A program made the position numbers and the translations under genes. The notes under the pieces are model-generated. The model had not been told where the DNA came from. It saw only the letters and a program-made list of their open reading frames with translations, and did not search any database. Positions 25,580 through 38,254 of a stretch of DNA of 64,000 bases are shown one piece after another (position 1 is the first letter of the stretch; every line of letters begins with the position of its first letter). The DNA comes from Phoronis australis (lineage: Eukaryota; Animalia; Phoronida), in the NCBI GenBank assembly GCA_002633005.1, contig NMRA01000117.1, positions 415,731-479,730 of the forward strand, in the 5' to 3' direction.

Positions 25580-28530
25580 CTGTGGCATGGACAAAAATTG
25601 TGTGTTTGGACCACGTGTTCTCAAAGTCATTTAAAGCGTGTGGTCATATAGACAAAATTTTAAGCCCGTGGTCGTGTTTGGGGCGAAAATTGTCCGTAAA
25701 CCATACACGATCTATGACAACAAAATCGTGTGGCAGTCGTATTGCTAAAAATGCCTGGACCTAATGTTCACTAAGTCAATAAAAGTGCACCGTCGTATAG
25801 ACAAAATTCAACTGCTTGGAACACGCGCTCTTGAAGTCCATTTAAAGCTCAATGTCGTCTCTGGACAAAAATTGTGCGCCCAATCATGCGCGTTCTATGA
25901 CACAAACAACATCGTATGGTGGTCATTACACAACAATTTGACGCCCAGGCTACTCTTTCTAAGACAAACAATTAAATACCCAGACCACGCTTTCTAAGAC
26001 ATTTAAAGCCCGTGGTCGCATGGACAAAAACTATCCCCCAGATGTTGCATCCTCCAAGTCATTTTAAGGCTGTGGTCGCGCGGACAAAATTGTCTGCTTG
26101 GATCACGCACTCTCTAAGTCTAAAGCGTGTCCTTGGATGGACGAAAATTGTCCATTCGACCATATACGTTCCGTGATTCAAACAAAACTGCATAGATGGT
26201 CGTATAGATAAAAATTAAATGCCCTAACCATGCTCTCTCAAACATTTAANCATTTTGTCTATCATGTGACCTTCAAATCATAATTCAAGACAGTCTAACT
26301 TTGATAGTATCACTTTAACAGAAAGACACCCCTTGTGAGATAAAAGAATAGTCTCCGGAACTACTAAAATATCATATGGGACTGAAATAGTTTTAACTCT
26401 TTTTCATTAGAAACTGATCCCATTTCCTGTTGTAGCACATACCTTTGCCAGCTCCTGTTACCAAAGCAGTCTTTCCATCAAATCGGATTTCCATGTTCTA
26501 GGAAATACAAGTGATTGAACATAGTTAAATATTTTTCATAAGAATACACATAAAAATAAACCGCAACAATGATCATACTGCTTTAAATTATGTTCAGGTT
26601 TTAAAAATCAACTTTTAGCCCTAGTAAATATGAGTGCATCACAATCCTGAAATAATTCATGGAAATTATTTCCGTAACTACTGGTCATGTGCTTATTCAC
26701 AGACATTGTACTTTTGCTCAAGTGAGATAAAATAATTTTTCAGAAATACTTGTGTGGAGATTGAGACCAAATTTCTGACCAACGGTCACTCTTCATAAAA
26801 AAGACTCCTTGGGCCGGGGATCTAATCTATGTACTCGAAATAGAACTCAAAATTATTTATGGCATTTTCCATTCTACTTTTGTGCAAACTCAAGATAAGT
26901 GTCTATTAGTTCTTGCACAAGTACATTATAGTTTCTGCGCATCGATTTCGCGTTCATGTTCACACTTGATTTGAGCTAACAAGTCTAAAAACTCTAAATT
27001 TCAAGTAAAATCTTAAAATTTTGAGTTCAGACTCGAATTTTCTGTCTTAATGCTGGGGTCATCAAGAGCAAACTAGGATTAGATAGTTAAGTTAAAAATA
27101 AAGCCATTGTATACTCGAAAATAGAATAACAGACAGTTATATCTAGGTTGCACAAAATTCCAAAAATGATTAAGACTTTGAATTCTAGTAAAAATTAAAC
27201 CTCAGGCTCTGGTCTATGTGGCAATGGCTTATCTCTTACTTTTACTATGGCATGGACAAAAATTGTGTGTTTGGACCACGTGTTCTCGAAGTCATTTAAA
27301 GCGTGTGGTAAAATTTTAAGCCCGTGGTCGTGTTTGGGGCGAAAATTGTCCGTAAACCATACACGATCTATGACAACAAAATCGTGTGGCAGTCGTATTG
27401 CTAAAAATGCCTGGACTTAATGGTCATTAAGTCAATAAAAGTGCATGGTCGTATAGACAAAATTCAACTGCTTGGAACACGCGCTCTTGAAGTCCATTTA
27501 AAGCTCAATGTCGTCTCTGGACAAAAATTGTGCGCCCAATCATGCGCGTTCTATGACACAAACAACATCGTATGGTGGTCATTACACAACAATTTGACGC
27601 CCAGGCTACTCTTTCTAAGACAAACAATTAAATACCCAGACCACGCTTTCTAAGACATTTAAAGCCCGTGGTCGCATGGACAAAAACTATCCCCCAGATG
27701 TTGCATCCTCCAAGTCATTTTAAGGCTGTGGTCGCGCGGACAAAATTGTCTGCTTGGATCACGCACTCTCTAAGTCTAAAGCGTGTCCTTGGATGGACGA
27801 AAATTGTCCATTCGACCATATACGTTCCGTGATTCAAACAAAACTGCATAGATGGTCGTATAGATAAAAATTAAATGCCCTAACCATGCTCTCTCAAACA
27901 TTTAAAGGGCGTGGTACGGTGGTAGTATGGAAAAAATTATCAACTTGGACCATGCACTCCCAATGCCATTTGAGGTGCATGGTCCGATGGACAATAATTG
28001 TGCGTCCGACTACATCGTTGTTTGATTTAAGCAAATTCACATTGTGGTCATACAGAAAAAAATGTCCCAACCATGCTTTCTAAGACATTTAAAGTCTATG
28101 GTCCCGTGGACGAAAATTATCAGCCTGGACCACGGACAATTTTTGCCTCGCGCATACACTATGATAAGAGTAAACCAAACACGTTTCCTAGGGTGGTCAG
28201 GTCGGACAGTTTTCGTCCAGTAAGAACACGTGCTTTTCATTTAAAAATTACTCCGAGCGTGGTGTAGTCTTATAATTTTTATCCCACGCTTCAACTTGAC
28301 TTATGGAATGCGCCGTTTGTTGCGCGTGGTCGGGCTGGCTCATTTCGCCCAAACCACTACACTGCCGCTTTAAACTTATAGAGTGTGTTATTGGGAGATA
28401 ATTTTTGTCCATGGGATCGCGCGTGCTCCATTATTTGGTCTACATAAAATGTCTGTAGAGTGTCATCAGGCAGACAATTTTCATTCAGATGAAAACCGCT
28501 TCCATCAGCAATGTGGTTGGACCGTGGTGT
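25580..28530. repeat. Degenerate ~57-60-bp tandem repeat array with internal GACCAC...GTGGTC dyads (25580-26249 and 27245-28530)
   Basis: Recurrent TGGACAAAAATTG, GACCACGC, AAGTCATTTAAAG and CGTGGTC blocks at ~60-bp spacing. Confidence 0.75.
26443..26494 (-). CDS. DCXR: Duplicate copy of DCXR coding exon 1 (inside the duplicated segment)
   Basis: Same MEIRFDGKTALVTGAGK-G with one synonymous change (GGT/GGC) and intact splice sites. Confidence 0.5.
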
Positions 28531-28902
28531 CATTTCATTATAAGTTTTTTAGAATTTTGATACCGAAAAAACGAATTTCCGAAGAAATTTTGCTGCGTCA
28601 AGCTATCATCATCTCCTAAGAGATGTTGCAAAAATTTAGGAAATGGCACGTGCGCCTGTCATGAGCGTATTGTTTTCAAAACGACAACATAACTTTTCTT
28701 TGTTAGAAAAGGCGGAGCATTATGCAAGAAAATGACGTTTATTAGATTGTTTTCCACTTAAACGGCTGTAACAGGCAAGAAGTGTTGTTTGATTCCCAGA
28801 TTTTGCATGCACCCGTCCGGTCTTAACTCTACATGTTGATACAGGTTCCACGGCAAGTTGACGAGCAGAACTACCCTGGCTGTGTGCAATTTCGGAGGTC
28901 TA

Positions 28903-29063
28903 CAGTGGCGAATTTAGAGAGGGGCCAAGGGGGCCATGGCCACCCCTAAAATTCTCCCAGATTCCATTGGGCAGTTCGGGGATGCGAATGTCTGACGGGC
29001 AAAATCCTGGCTAAAACTCTGCCCTGCCCCCCCCCCTAACTCAAAATCCTGGATCCGCCACCG
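28903..29063. mobile_element. 161-bp MITE with 5-bp TSD (GTCTA)
   Basis: GTCTA|CAGTGGCGAATTTAG ... CTGGATCCGCCACCG|GTCTA; G/C-run subterminal tracts; a related left-end fragment lies at ~56755. Confidence 0.8.
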
Positions 29064-29099
29064 GTCTATAGAAGAAAAACACATACATGACTACATGAC

Positions 29100-29638
29100 A
29101 TGGTACCTAGCTGTATTTTGACGATGACTTCATACACCTAGCTGGCTGGCTACTGGACATACTGATGCTTAATCTCAAGATCGCGTATGCGTGAACTTAT
29201 TGAATTGAACATATATTTGGGCTATCACGTGAAATTTTTTGAGTGTAAAGAATTTTTGTAATTATTGGCCTTATAATCACTCCTTCACCGTAACTTGTGT
29301 CACTGTCAAAGAATCGATGGAATTTGTGATTGGTTAAAACATTATTGTTTGGTGAATAACATCGCCAATAGCAGAAAAAAGATTAGTTGAATTTTACGGT
29401 ATTTTATTAACATGTAATTTGGTTTAGTGCAGTGCAAATTTTTATCTTCATGAACTGCTTATTTGAGTGAACTTGTCAAGTTTCCTCATGTATTCCAAGT
29501 TCACGCATACGAGACCTTGAGAATAAGCAAGATTCCAAATTTACGCACAGCATAGCCAGCCAGCTAGCTGTATGAAGACTGTCGTCAAAATACTTATACA
29601 CAAAAGCTGTATATATATACAGCTTTGTACCAAGGCTA
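29100..29638. mobile_element. Older foldback element with ~90-bp inverted arms, ending GGCTA
   Basis: 29113-29198 (GTATTTTGACG...TAGCTGGCTGGCTA...CGTATGCGTGAACTT) is the reverse complement of 29497-29593. Confidence 0.65.
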
Positions 29639-29647
29639 CGCACAGCA

Positions 29648-30576
29648 TAGGCAATGACCATCGCCTCTGCTGGCCCGAACCAGAGGCGATGCAGAGGCTA
29701 TAGGCACTCTGTACGCCGGAAGTTTTTCGGCGAATTATGCCTCGCACGGACTAAATCATCAAAGTCACGTTGTTATAAATACCTTTTGCTCATAGAGGAA
29801 CACCTTAGGAGGTTGTCGATGTGTTTAAGTCCTTCCAACTTGAACAAAAAGAAACTTTTTCTTCGATCAGTCCCTATTTCAGTTCCCAAAATCGTGAAAT
29901 CAAAATTTTTATTTGTTTTAACCAGGCCGAAGGTCAGAAGTTGCGATCCTACCAGCGAACTTTGAAAGCTGAAGTTCCCGCCCTTTGCGTACGTGCTGCC
30001 GGGAACCAGCCGTGCATTTGCCGTGTTGTTAAACATTAAAATGTCAAATATGTGCACAAAGACTATTAAATGTCATATCAACAGCATTTATTTTTATCAA
30101 ATACAAACAATAATTCATTGAAATACACACAGTTTCAAGTAACGCCAATTAAAGACAAGTATAAGTGGTGGCATTTTGGAAACGAACATTTGACTGACAA
30201 GCCCGCAATGGCTCACCTTTGGCGGCTTTGGCCTATTTAAAAATTGAGGTTATGAAGTTACATCACCTAGCGAGCGCGGTAAAAATTGGAGCGTGCGCAG
30301 TACAAAAATTTTGATTTCACGATTTTGGGAACTGAAATAGGGACTGATCGAAGAAAAAGTTTCATAACGAGAGTATTTGTTCGAGTTGGAAGGACTTAAA
30401 CACATCGACAACCTCCTAAGGTGTTCCTCTATGCGCAAAAGGTATTTATAACAACGTGACTTTGATGGTTTAGTCGGTGCGAGGCATAATTCGCTGAAAA
30501 GCTTCCGGCGTACAGAGCGCCTATAGCCTCTGCATCGCCTCTGGTTCGGGCCAACAGAGGCGATGGTCATTGCCTA
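29648..30576. mobile_element. 929-bp non-autonomous DNA transposon with ~265-bp TIRs, TAG...CTA termini and 9-bp TSD (AcademH- or Mutator-like)
   Basis: CGCACAGCA|TAGGCAATGACCATCGCC ... GGCGATGGTCATTGCCTA|CGCACAGCA; arms 29648-~29911 and ~30303-30576 are highly similar. Confidence 0.88.
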
Positions 30577-31500
30577 CGCACAGCACTGATATGATACTTG
30601 ACAGCCACAAAAAGCCAAGGTGCTTTTGATAGGAACATATAATATGCATAGTTTTGGTGGCACAGCAGCGGACGGACGAACGTACGCACGGACGGAGGGG
30701 AATGACGACATTATGCAATCAATGCAATCGCATATAAACGCGTGGGTGAATAAATACCTCGCCAGGCCAGCTGATCTCGTTGGTTTTCCGACCAAATTTC
30801 CTTGATGTTTCTGAAAGGACACCTGGCGGTGGTCTCGAATATTAATAGAGATTTTTCGTGATGTATTAAATATGGTGGTCGTTGGATACGAAAGCGAAGA
30901 GGAAGGTAATTCCTTGTAAAATAATTGACAGATTACCTACTGCCGTAGGTTTTGTTCGGTTTTAGAGTGATATAAATTTACAATTGGAAGCTGATGCTCC
31001 TGGAGCATCATATAACTCACAAAAACCATGGTCCAGAATTTCCGAGGTATCATATCTTGGCACTTGCTAATTTAATTTTAAAATTTGGTCGGTGCAAACA
31101 CAGGCGTCCTCAGCTTCTGATCGTCCCCAATACATTACATATAATACTACAAGGTAGGACACTCCCGACTAGAAATTCCACGGGTGCTTCACTTCAGCCG
31201 TCCATAGCAAACATAAAACTCAATAAATTTACACAAAACAGGGGTTCAACAAATCATGAAGAATTGTTCTTTCCCCCAATACCATTCACGGTGTCCTGTT
31301 ACGGCGACTTCGTAAGATTTTTATTCATTGCTTAAAGGCACGCAGGGTAGACAGACAGTGCCATCGTCTCAACTAGCAGTAGTTACGGTGGCCATCCCAC
31401 ATAAGCCCTTCATAGTACACTGGAAGCTGTTCTGACAGTGAATAATGTGTCACACTGGGTAAACCATCAAAGTCACCTTGCTATTAGTATCTTTTATGCA

Positions 31501-32192
31501 TAGTAGTAGTATAGTAATACACTTTATTCACGTTAAGACAAAAAATATACTTGATACAGATTTAAGCTTATGGATACTCCATGAAGGACCTGAAGGGTCC
31601 GCTGACCACGGAGCCACCAGAGAATAAAAAAATACAGTGTTACAGATAATCAGAATAACAAAGATTAGGTGATTATGTAATTTAAAACTACTTGTGAAAG
31701 GACTAGGACAGATTATCGAAGATAGTTACACACAAAGCAGTTGGGAATAGTGCACTCAAGTTCATAACTTTCAAAACAAACATTTTTAAAATAATTTATA
31801 ACAGAGGATAACGAATGAATAAACAGTTTTTGGGAGACACTTTCAGGAAAGTTATTAATGATATGAGGTAGGGAATTGCGAACTGAATCTTCAGCTAATG
31901 ATTTAGTGCAACGAGGAGTTTGTAGAAGATGTCGTTGCCTAGTGTAATGTTCATGAACAGATCCACGGGTTATTAAATTGAACGTTTTGAAAAATGAAGG
32001 TAAGTAATTGTGAACATATCTGTAGAAAAATTTAATAATAGCAACAACATACAAGTCCTTAATTTTGAGAATCTGTGTAGTCTTAAATAAAGGATCTGTA
32101 AAATAACTAGAGGTAATATTACGAATAACCTTTTTCTGTAATTTGAATATTCTATTATGTTCACACCCCATAGCAGAATGCCATAGAGAGAC
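31501..32192 (-). mobile_element. 5'-truncated LINE (CR1/L2 group, Crack/Daphne-like): ORF2 C-terminus plus 3'UTR
   Basis: LYGILLWG...FKLQKKVIRNI...PLFK...ILKIKDLY...HYTRQ...CTIPNCFVC-stop (31713), then AATAAA and a (TAC)n tail at 31501-31528 on the minus strand. Confidence 0.85.
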
Positions 32193-33932
32193 ACTTTTAG
32201 GCCGTGGATGTCTTTAATTCCTTCCAACATATACTCCCGTGAAAAAACTTTTTTCAAGCAGTCCTGCGCAACTCGGCAACTGGCCATGTTTACACAGCTT
32301 GCACCAGAGGATATCACGTCATGCAAATCTTAATTAAAAGTCCAACTTTTGATAGCCCCGCATGCAAAAGTAGAACAATTTAGAAACACTTCCGATAAGC
32401 GCATAAAGCACAGCTGAGCTTGCATATGAATCCAATTAGCCATTTGTGAGATATGATGTCCTGAAGTGGGACAAATTTGGACACTTTGCTAGGGTCCTAC
32501 ATAACCTTATTGAATATGAAATTTCAAGATAACGCATTAACGTTCTTGAGATCCTTCTTCTTCTTCCAAAAATCAACAAACGATTACCGCAAGCTTAATT
32601 CCAAGTTCAAGCACAACCTTGACAAAAAAGAAGACCCTGTTAGGGTGATCTGCTTCTCGATGTTGTGGAACCCGTATTTTCCCATCTGAACAAAAAAACA
32701 CTGTTGAAGCATTTTTTGATGGTAAGACTCAGCTCACAGGATTTGGAATGTTCAAGTCACACATGTGCGGTTAATGCAAGTCGGCCAAAATCCCTGTTCG
32801 TATTTCCAATTTTCAGGTCATATTTCAGCTCATTATGTCCACCCCTGGTGTAGAGCTAACGACCAAATAGGGTACATGAAAAATCTGGGATTCAACCGAC
32901 ACTGCCTGTTTCAGCCGTTTTATTGAAAAACAGCTAATAAACATGCTTTTTTTGCATCATTAATCAGCTTAATGTTGATTTGAAAGCAATCCCCCCATGA
33001 CACAGGCCATTTGAATGTTATATTTTTGCTGCAGCTGTCCGGAGATGATATCAACTTTGCTGATGCAAAATTTTCTCAAAAATTTGTCATGAAGTGAAAC
33101 CACTTCTGGTAATTCATTGTGAACTGTGTGCAAACTTGTTGAAGAATAACGCTTCATTTCTTGTCACTCAAAGCTGCCTCTCCTACAGTCTCATATGTAA
33201 TAAAGGGACTTCCACTGCTTTTAACTACGTGAGTTAATCTCAAAATTCCATAGCATACTCCCTATTAGATGGTTCACCAACCCTACTTGGTGCAGGAATA
33301 TTTACTAACTGAGCCACTATTCCTGTGGCTAATGCGACTAAAGAAGACGATAGGCAAGAAGTTCACCGGCTGGTTGCCCTGGTAGCGAGTGAATTTTCAA
33401 AGCGATTAGCTACTCTATTGGTCATCTGTGTGGAATTCACATAAATAAATTGTGTCCTCTCTGTGATGCTTTACTTGGACATTAGCCTTGTTGCAAACAC
33501 ACATTAAGCTTGAACCGCTCATTTTACCTAGATCTAGACAAGTGCTGCATTAATGTTCTTAGATAAAACAACCTATAAACATAGAATACTAATAGGCTAG
33601 CACCTTTTCATTAGAAAAATGACTTCAATTGTTTTAAAAGTCACTATTCTTTACTTTCAGGAACGTTGTAGCTGGACATTCAGATATTGAAATGGTATTA
33701 ACCATTGGAATTCCAAGTCATGCAGGAAGTAGTATTGCCTCGTCCATCCTCATGTTTTTTGTCCGACTAGCTTGGCATGCCAGAGTAAGAGTACCTCTAC
33801 TACTGACTGTGGCCTTCATGGTCTTCGATACTCGCCTGCAGCTGGAAATAAACGTGATCATGTGATTCACTCATATTGTAGTGAATTAAATTATAAAAAT
33901 ATCAGTTGAAATATCTGAAGATAATAGAAAAG

Positions 33933-35014
33933 ATGGCCAGAGGTGTTAAAGATCTGAGGGAAATGATTTGCGTTTCCCGACTGACTGTTATTGAGAGTGA
34001 TGAAGAGGTGTTCAGTGATGAGGAAGGGAGATTATCCCGGGCATTTAGTGCTCTGTCGGCAGACACTGTAAACAGATGTAGCAGCCGTGAAAGTTCTGCG
34101 AGCTCAGGCTCTTCTAGGCAGAATTCCTTTGTAGGTAATGGGTCTCCTGATTCTGGCTTCAGAACAAATGAACCTTCTCCGGAGGAAGGCACTTTACCTG
34201 CACAGTCGCACGCCCAGTCAAAGTCAGCGAAGAAGCGTAAAAAGAAAAAAGTACAAAACAAAGGGCTGGCTATGCTTCCTGCAAAACATGAGCTGCCAAG
34301 ACAGGCTGTTCTTCCTTCTGTTCGGAAGTCTGCAGAGGGGCGTCGTGGCTCTAACTCAAGTGGAGATGAGCTAACAACTGCTAGAAAGGAGTCTGTGCAC
34401 AATTACTCAAAAGGCAACTTTGAAGAATTGCTCATATATTTAGATGCCAGTGTTGTGGCAGATTGGCTTCTTCATGCCAATCAGGTTGTCGGTGAATTGT
34501 CACAGTGGGTGTGTACTGAAGAAAACTTTGTCAACTTTGCTCATTTTTGGCTGTCAGATTTCCCTGAAATTCAAAGACACGAAATACTCAAGTTGGAATA
34601 TGAAGTGTTGCTTGATCAATTGAATCTTGCTTTTTCTGTTGGACGCGAGACTGGTCAAATCAAACACAAGGATTTTGTTTGCCTTTTAGAGGCTTTATAT
34701 CGAGAATATCCGCATAAACTTATTAGCTCTAAAGGAGCACATCTTTTTCTAGACTATCTTGATATCTTGACGTCAGAGCGGACTGAGTCATATAAGAAAA
34801 TCTTGGCTGATGTCAAATGTTCTACTCACAATAGACAGCATGCACAGTGGTTGTTGGCCATTCGATCATTTGCTCTGGTCAGCTCCTGGAGTGCTGTTGT
34901 TACCTTTTACAGGAAGTTGCTCACCGTTGACTCAACTATACTTAGTCTGCCCTTACCTGCACATATTGCAACTAGGGCGGACATAAATTACAAGAGAATG
35001 TATCAAGCTATCAG
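33933..35014 (+). CDS. Ankyrin-repeat protein, first coding exon (disordered S-rich/basic region + uncharacterised helical domain)
   Basis: Long ORF from ATG 33933 (MARGVKDLREM...), donor ATCAG|GTATT at 35015; the exon probably starts at acceptor TTTACTTTCAG| 33660. Confidence 0.88.
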
Positions 35015-35265
35015 GTATTTTGAATTCATTTCCGCAATGCCTCTGTCTAACACTTGCTGTTGTTGTTTTGGTTTGGTTCATGAAGAAAAGTTGACAGATC
35101 CAGAACATTGTTTTCTGTAAATTCTGTTACACTATAGATGGAAACAGTAAATGTTTATAATCTTGTAAGGCTTATTTGTAACCTCTACATCATTGCAAGT
35201 TGTTTTTGAAATCGGAGTACCGGTATTGTACTATGTATAGAGTAGTTTCATATTTTTGTTTTCAG

Positions 35266-35404
35266 GAACGGCTATGTTGATGTAGTGCACTTTCTCATTA
35301 AGTCCAAAAAAGTGGACGCCAGAATTACAGACACCCACAACAAAACATTGGTTTTCTCAGCAGTCATGTACAATCAACCCAAGGTCTTGGAGTATTTACT
35401 CAAG
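35266..35404 (+). CDS. Ankyrin-repeat protein, coding exon 2
   Basis: TTTTCAG|G AAC GGC: (R)NGYVDVVHFLIKSKKVDARITDTHNKTLVFSAVMYNQPKVLEYLLK|GTAGG; ankyrin-like and phase consistent. Confidence 0.9.
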
Positions 35405-35589
35405 GTAGGTGATGATCACACGTTTGTGCCCTGTGCCAGGCATGTAAAAAGATCCCAAAAACCCTTTCTTAGTAGGATTTTTTGTAAGTTCGGTATGTAC
35501 TGTTCTTGACACACAAACCTGATTAGTTCTTGAAGGTTTTAGACATTTTAGCTTATTTTTCTAGGCTTTAAATGCACACAGACCTATTG

Positions 35590-36620
35590 CTCATTATGTT
35601 CCCACATATGCATGTGTGGGTGCAAATTGTTGTCATCTCTGTCTGGGAATCCAGGCGGCTGGCATCTGTGACTGCATTTCCAAAATCCCTCAGACGTTCG
35701 TCATGGATTTTGGGAGATGTATTCCTTTGGAGACGTATCCCCTAGTACAGGAAATTGATTCCTTGTGAAATGGTGACATTCTGTGACAAAACTTGCTTGA
35801 CTGAAATTCTGAGACATTTTATGACATTTTGATAATTCTGTCATACATGTATTGTAGTGTACTATGCCAAGTAGGCTTTTAGTGTTTTGTTGAGTTTACA
35901 GTTATTTTATACTGCATCAAGTTGTGGTTCCTTTTTTCACAAATTGTAATGTTGTGGAATTCATCAGTATCACAGACAAAAATTGTCTCGCATATGTAAC
36001 ATTAGCAAAGCTGATGTGACTTATACATGAACAAACACCAAAAAGGTGTGACAGTTGAGACTTCCTGTGACATTTTGAAACTTTTGATGTGTGACAACTT
36101 GTGGCAAGTTTAGTATTTTTTGTTTGACTCTGTATGTTGACTGATTTTCATGAAATTTGACGAATTGGTTTTTATAAAGGAAACGACAATGCCTTCCGAC
36201 TTTAAAATAGATTTAATCAATTCTGGGTCACTTAATGGCTATTTATATTATTTACGAGTCTGTTTTGACGTTTGACTCTTTATCTACCAAACTGCTCTAT
36301 GGATCATGAAAATTAGGAGAAGTTTTCCTGCTGGGAAGACCACGCATAACATTGTTTTTCACACGAGTCCGACTGGTGTGGCACCTTCTAAAAGCAATTT
36401 TTTGCATCTGTGGCTGTATCTCTTTAACCCATTACGGAATCTTAGTGAAATTCATTAACAGATGACAACATCTGACCTGCTGTTCCCCTTATTGACAATT
36501 TTAGTTTTTGTGTGTTTACCTTCGTGTCTTCAGAGTTGCTTGACAGATTTCCACGAAATTTTGTAAGCAAGTCTCTATGAAGGAAATGACAAGGCCTTCC
36601 CATTTTGATACAAATGTGTT
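35590..36620 (+). repeat. Helentron/DINE-like interspersed repeat (degenerate)
   Basis: Starts with hairpin CCCACATATGCATGTGTGGG, followed by recurrent TTCATGAAATTT-type blocks; start resembles 43540. Confidence 0.45.
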
Positions 36621-37152
36621 GTTTGTGCATGGCTCAACATTTTAACTTTTTGAAATGAAAACAATATTGATCATGTAAACTCTCTGAATACATACCTGTC
36701 TTAATGCTGCATTTTGTGCTGTTTATATAGCTAAAAACAATCAAATTATGTATTTACTCTCATAAAGTCACTCTCACAATTTTCCTTACTGTAACAGGGT
36801 TATATTTCCGTTGTTATACATTTGCTATTTTCAAATTCACAATTTTATGGTTGGCCAACCCCCATAAACTTGGAAACTTTTTCTTGAGTTACTGATGCTT
36901 TCGGTGCTCGAAATATTATGAGACTGGTTTTACGAGAATAAAAGGCCTTATTTGATTTTTGTTTCATTCCAGCTTAATGCGGGTGGAATGCAGCTTGTAG
37001 TTATGGTGAAAGCTTGTTTTCCAGATACTTGCCATATGATGTCCCTTATACCGGCATTCAAGATACATTTGTTTGAAAAACAAGTATTTGAAGCATCTTT
37101 ATTGATTTTATCATGCGTGTTATTGTGATACTTCGATCACCCCTTTTTTCAG

Positions 37153-37333
37153 GTGAAGCCCACTATAGATCCCAACTTAGCCTGTGACACAGGAAATACA
37201 CCCTTACATGCAGCGGCTAATAATGGAAACGTTGTCCTGGTAACGACATTGCTCAAGACCAATAAAGTTAATGTTAATTGTGTAAACCCTCAGACGGACA
37301 ATGCCACACCTCTACATTTGGCGGCCATGCATG
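37153..37333 (+). CDS. Ankyrin-repeat protein, coding exon 3
   Basis: TTTTTTCAG|VKPTIDPNLACDTGNTPLHAAANNGNVVLVTTLLKTNKVNVNCVNPQTDNATPLHLAAMH-G|GTAAG; two TPLH motifs. Confidence 0.93.
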
Positions 37334-38102
37334 GTAAGACACTCTGCGGGTCATTTGAAAATTTCTGTTTCAGTATTTCTTTAGAACTGGCTGTCAACTA
37401 TAGTATGGCTACTTACCATTAGATGTCACTATAGTGAGACTTGCTCTGCAGCTGACAGACTTAGTAATCACTGATGTCTGTTGATATTGCTCATTCACCA
37501 CTGCATGCGCCCTTTTTACTCTGTTTCTTTTGTGATTGTAGTGCATTGTGAAATCCTTTCACATTTTCTTAATTATTTTTGTCAAAAGTTTTTCCTACAA
37601 CTCAACTTATGGATGACCATGTTACTCTGGGGGGTGCCCTACCCAATTTTGTTTGTTAAGCGAGATCCCCTCTCACAGACATAATTCCTCCTGCTATGCA
37701 CCTCAGAAGTGACACGTAGCACTGCTTGAACAGACTACCTCTCACTGTACCTCCCAGTCGCAATTTTAGTTATTTTAGTTTTTATGTGTGCCTCAGTATG
37801 TAACAAGTTCCTTGATGAACGTGTATGAAATGTGACAGATTTCTCTTGGCGTGATGATGTCGACACTTTCCCAATTTCACACCGATTCAATGTATTTTGC
37901 TCCTTCTAGTGGGCATTTTTATTCTTCTTCTTCAGCATTCCTGGCCATGTAGCTTAGATAGTCAGTCTGGTCTTTTGGGCGAAGTCTGCAGTTCGCCACA
38001 ATGATACCGTTGAGCCAGGGCATTTTTATGATTTTCAAGGTTTATCTGTCGCTTTTCTAACTGCCATGCCGAGTCACTATAAAATTTGCTAGATGTGATC
38101 TT

Positions 38103-38254
38103 ATTGAGCAGAGAACAGCTTACATTGAGCAGAGAACAGCTTACATTGAGCAGAGAACAGCTTACATTGAGCAGAGAACAGCTTACATTGAGCAGAGAAC
38201 AGCTTACATTGAGCAGATAACAGCTTACATTGAGCAAAGAACAGCTTACATTGA
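38103..38254. repeat. 21-bp minisatellite, ~7 copies
   Basis: (ATTGAGCAGAGAACAGCTTAC)n. Confidence 0.95.

Larger units (their letters stand above)
24582..27905. repeat. 1.66-kb direct tandem duplication (24582-26249 / 26251-27905) joined by a single N; probable assembly/haplotype artefact
   Basis: Both copies start CATTTTGTCT and end CTCTCAAACATTTAA, differ by scattered SNPs and small indels, and abut N26250. Confidence 0.9.

Noticed and set aside
25764-27653. Duplicated 77-aa ORFs
   Set aside because: They lie in the degenerate satellite within the duplicated segment; no coding signature
29654-30570. Two similar ~105-aa ORFs on opposite strands (MTIAS...)
   Set aside because: Mirror images produced by the long TIRs; no protein-family features
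33902-34402. 166-aa minus-strand ORF
   Set aside because: Antisense shadow of the ankyrin gene's first coding exon
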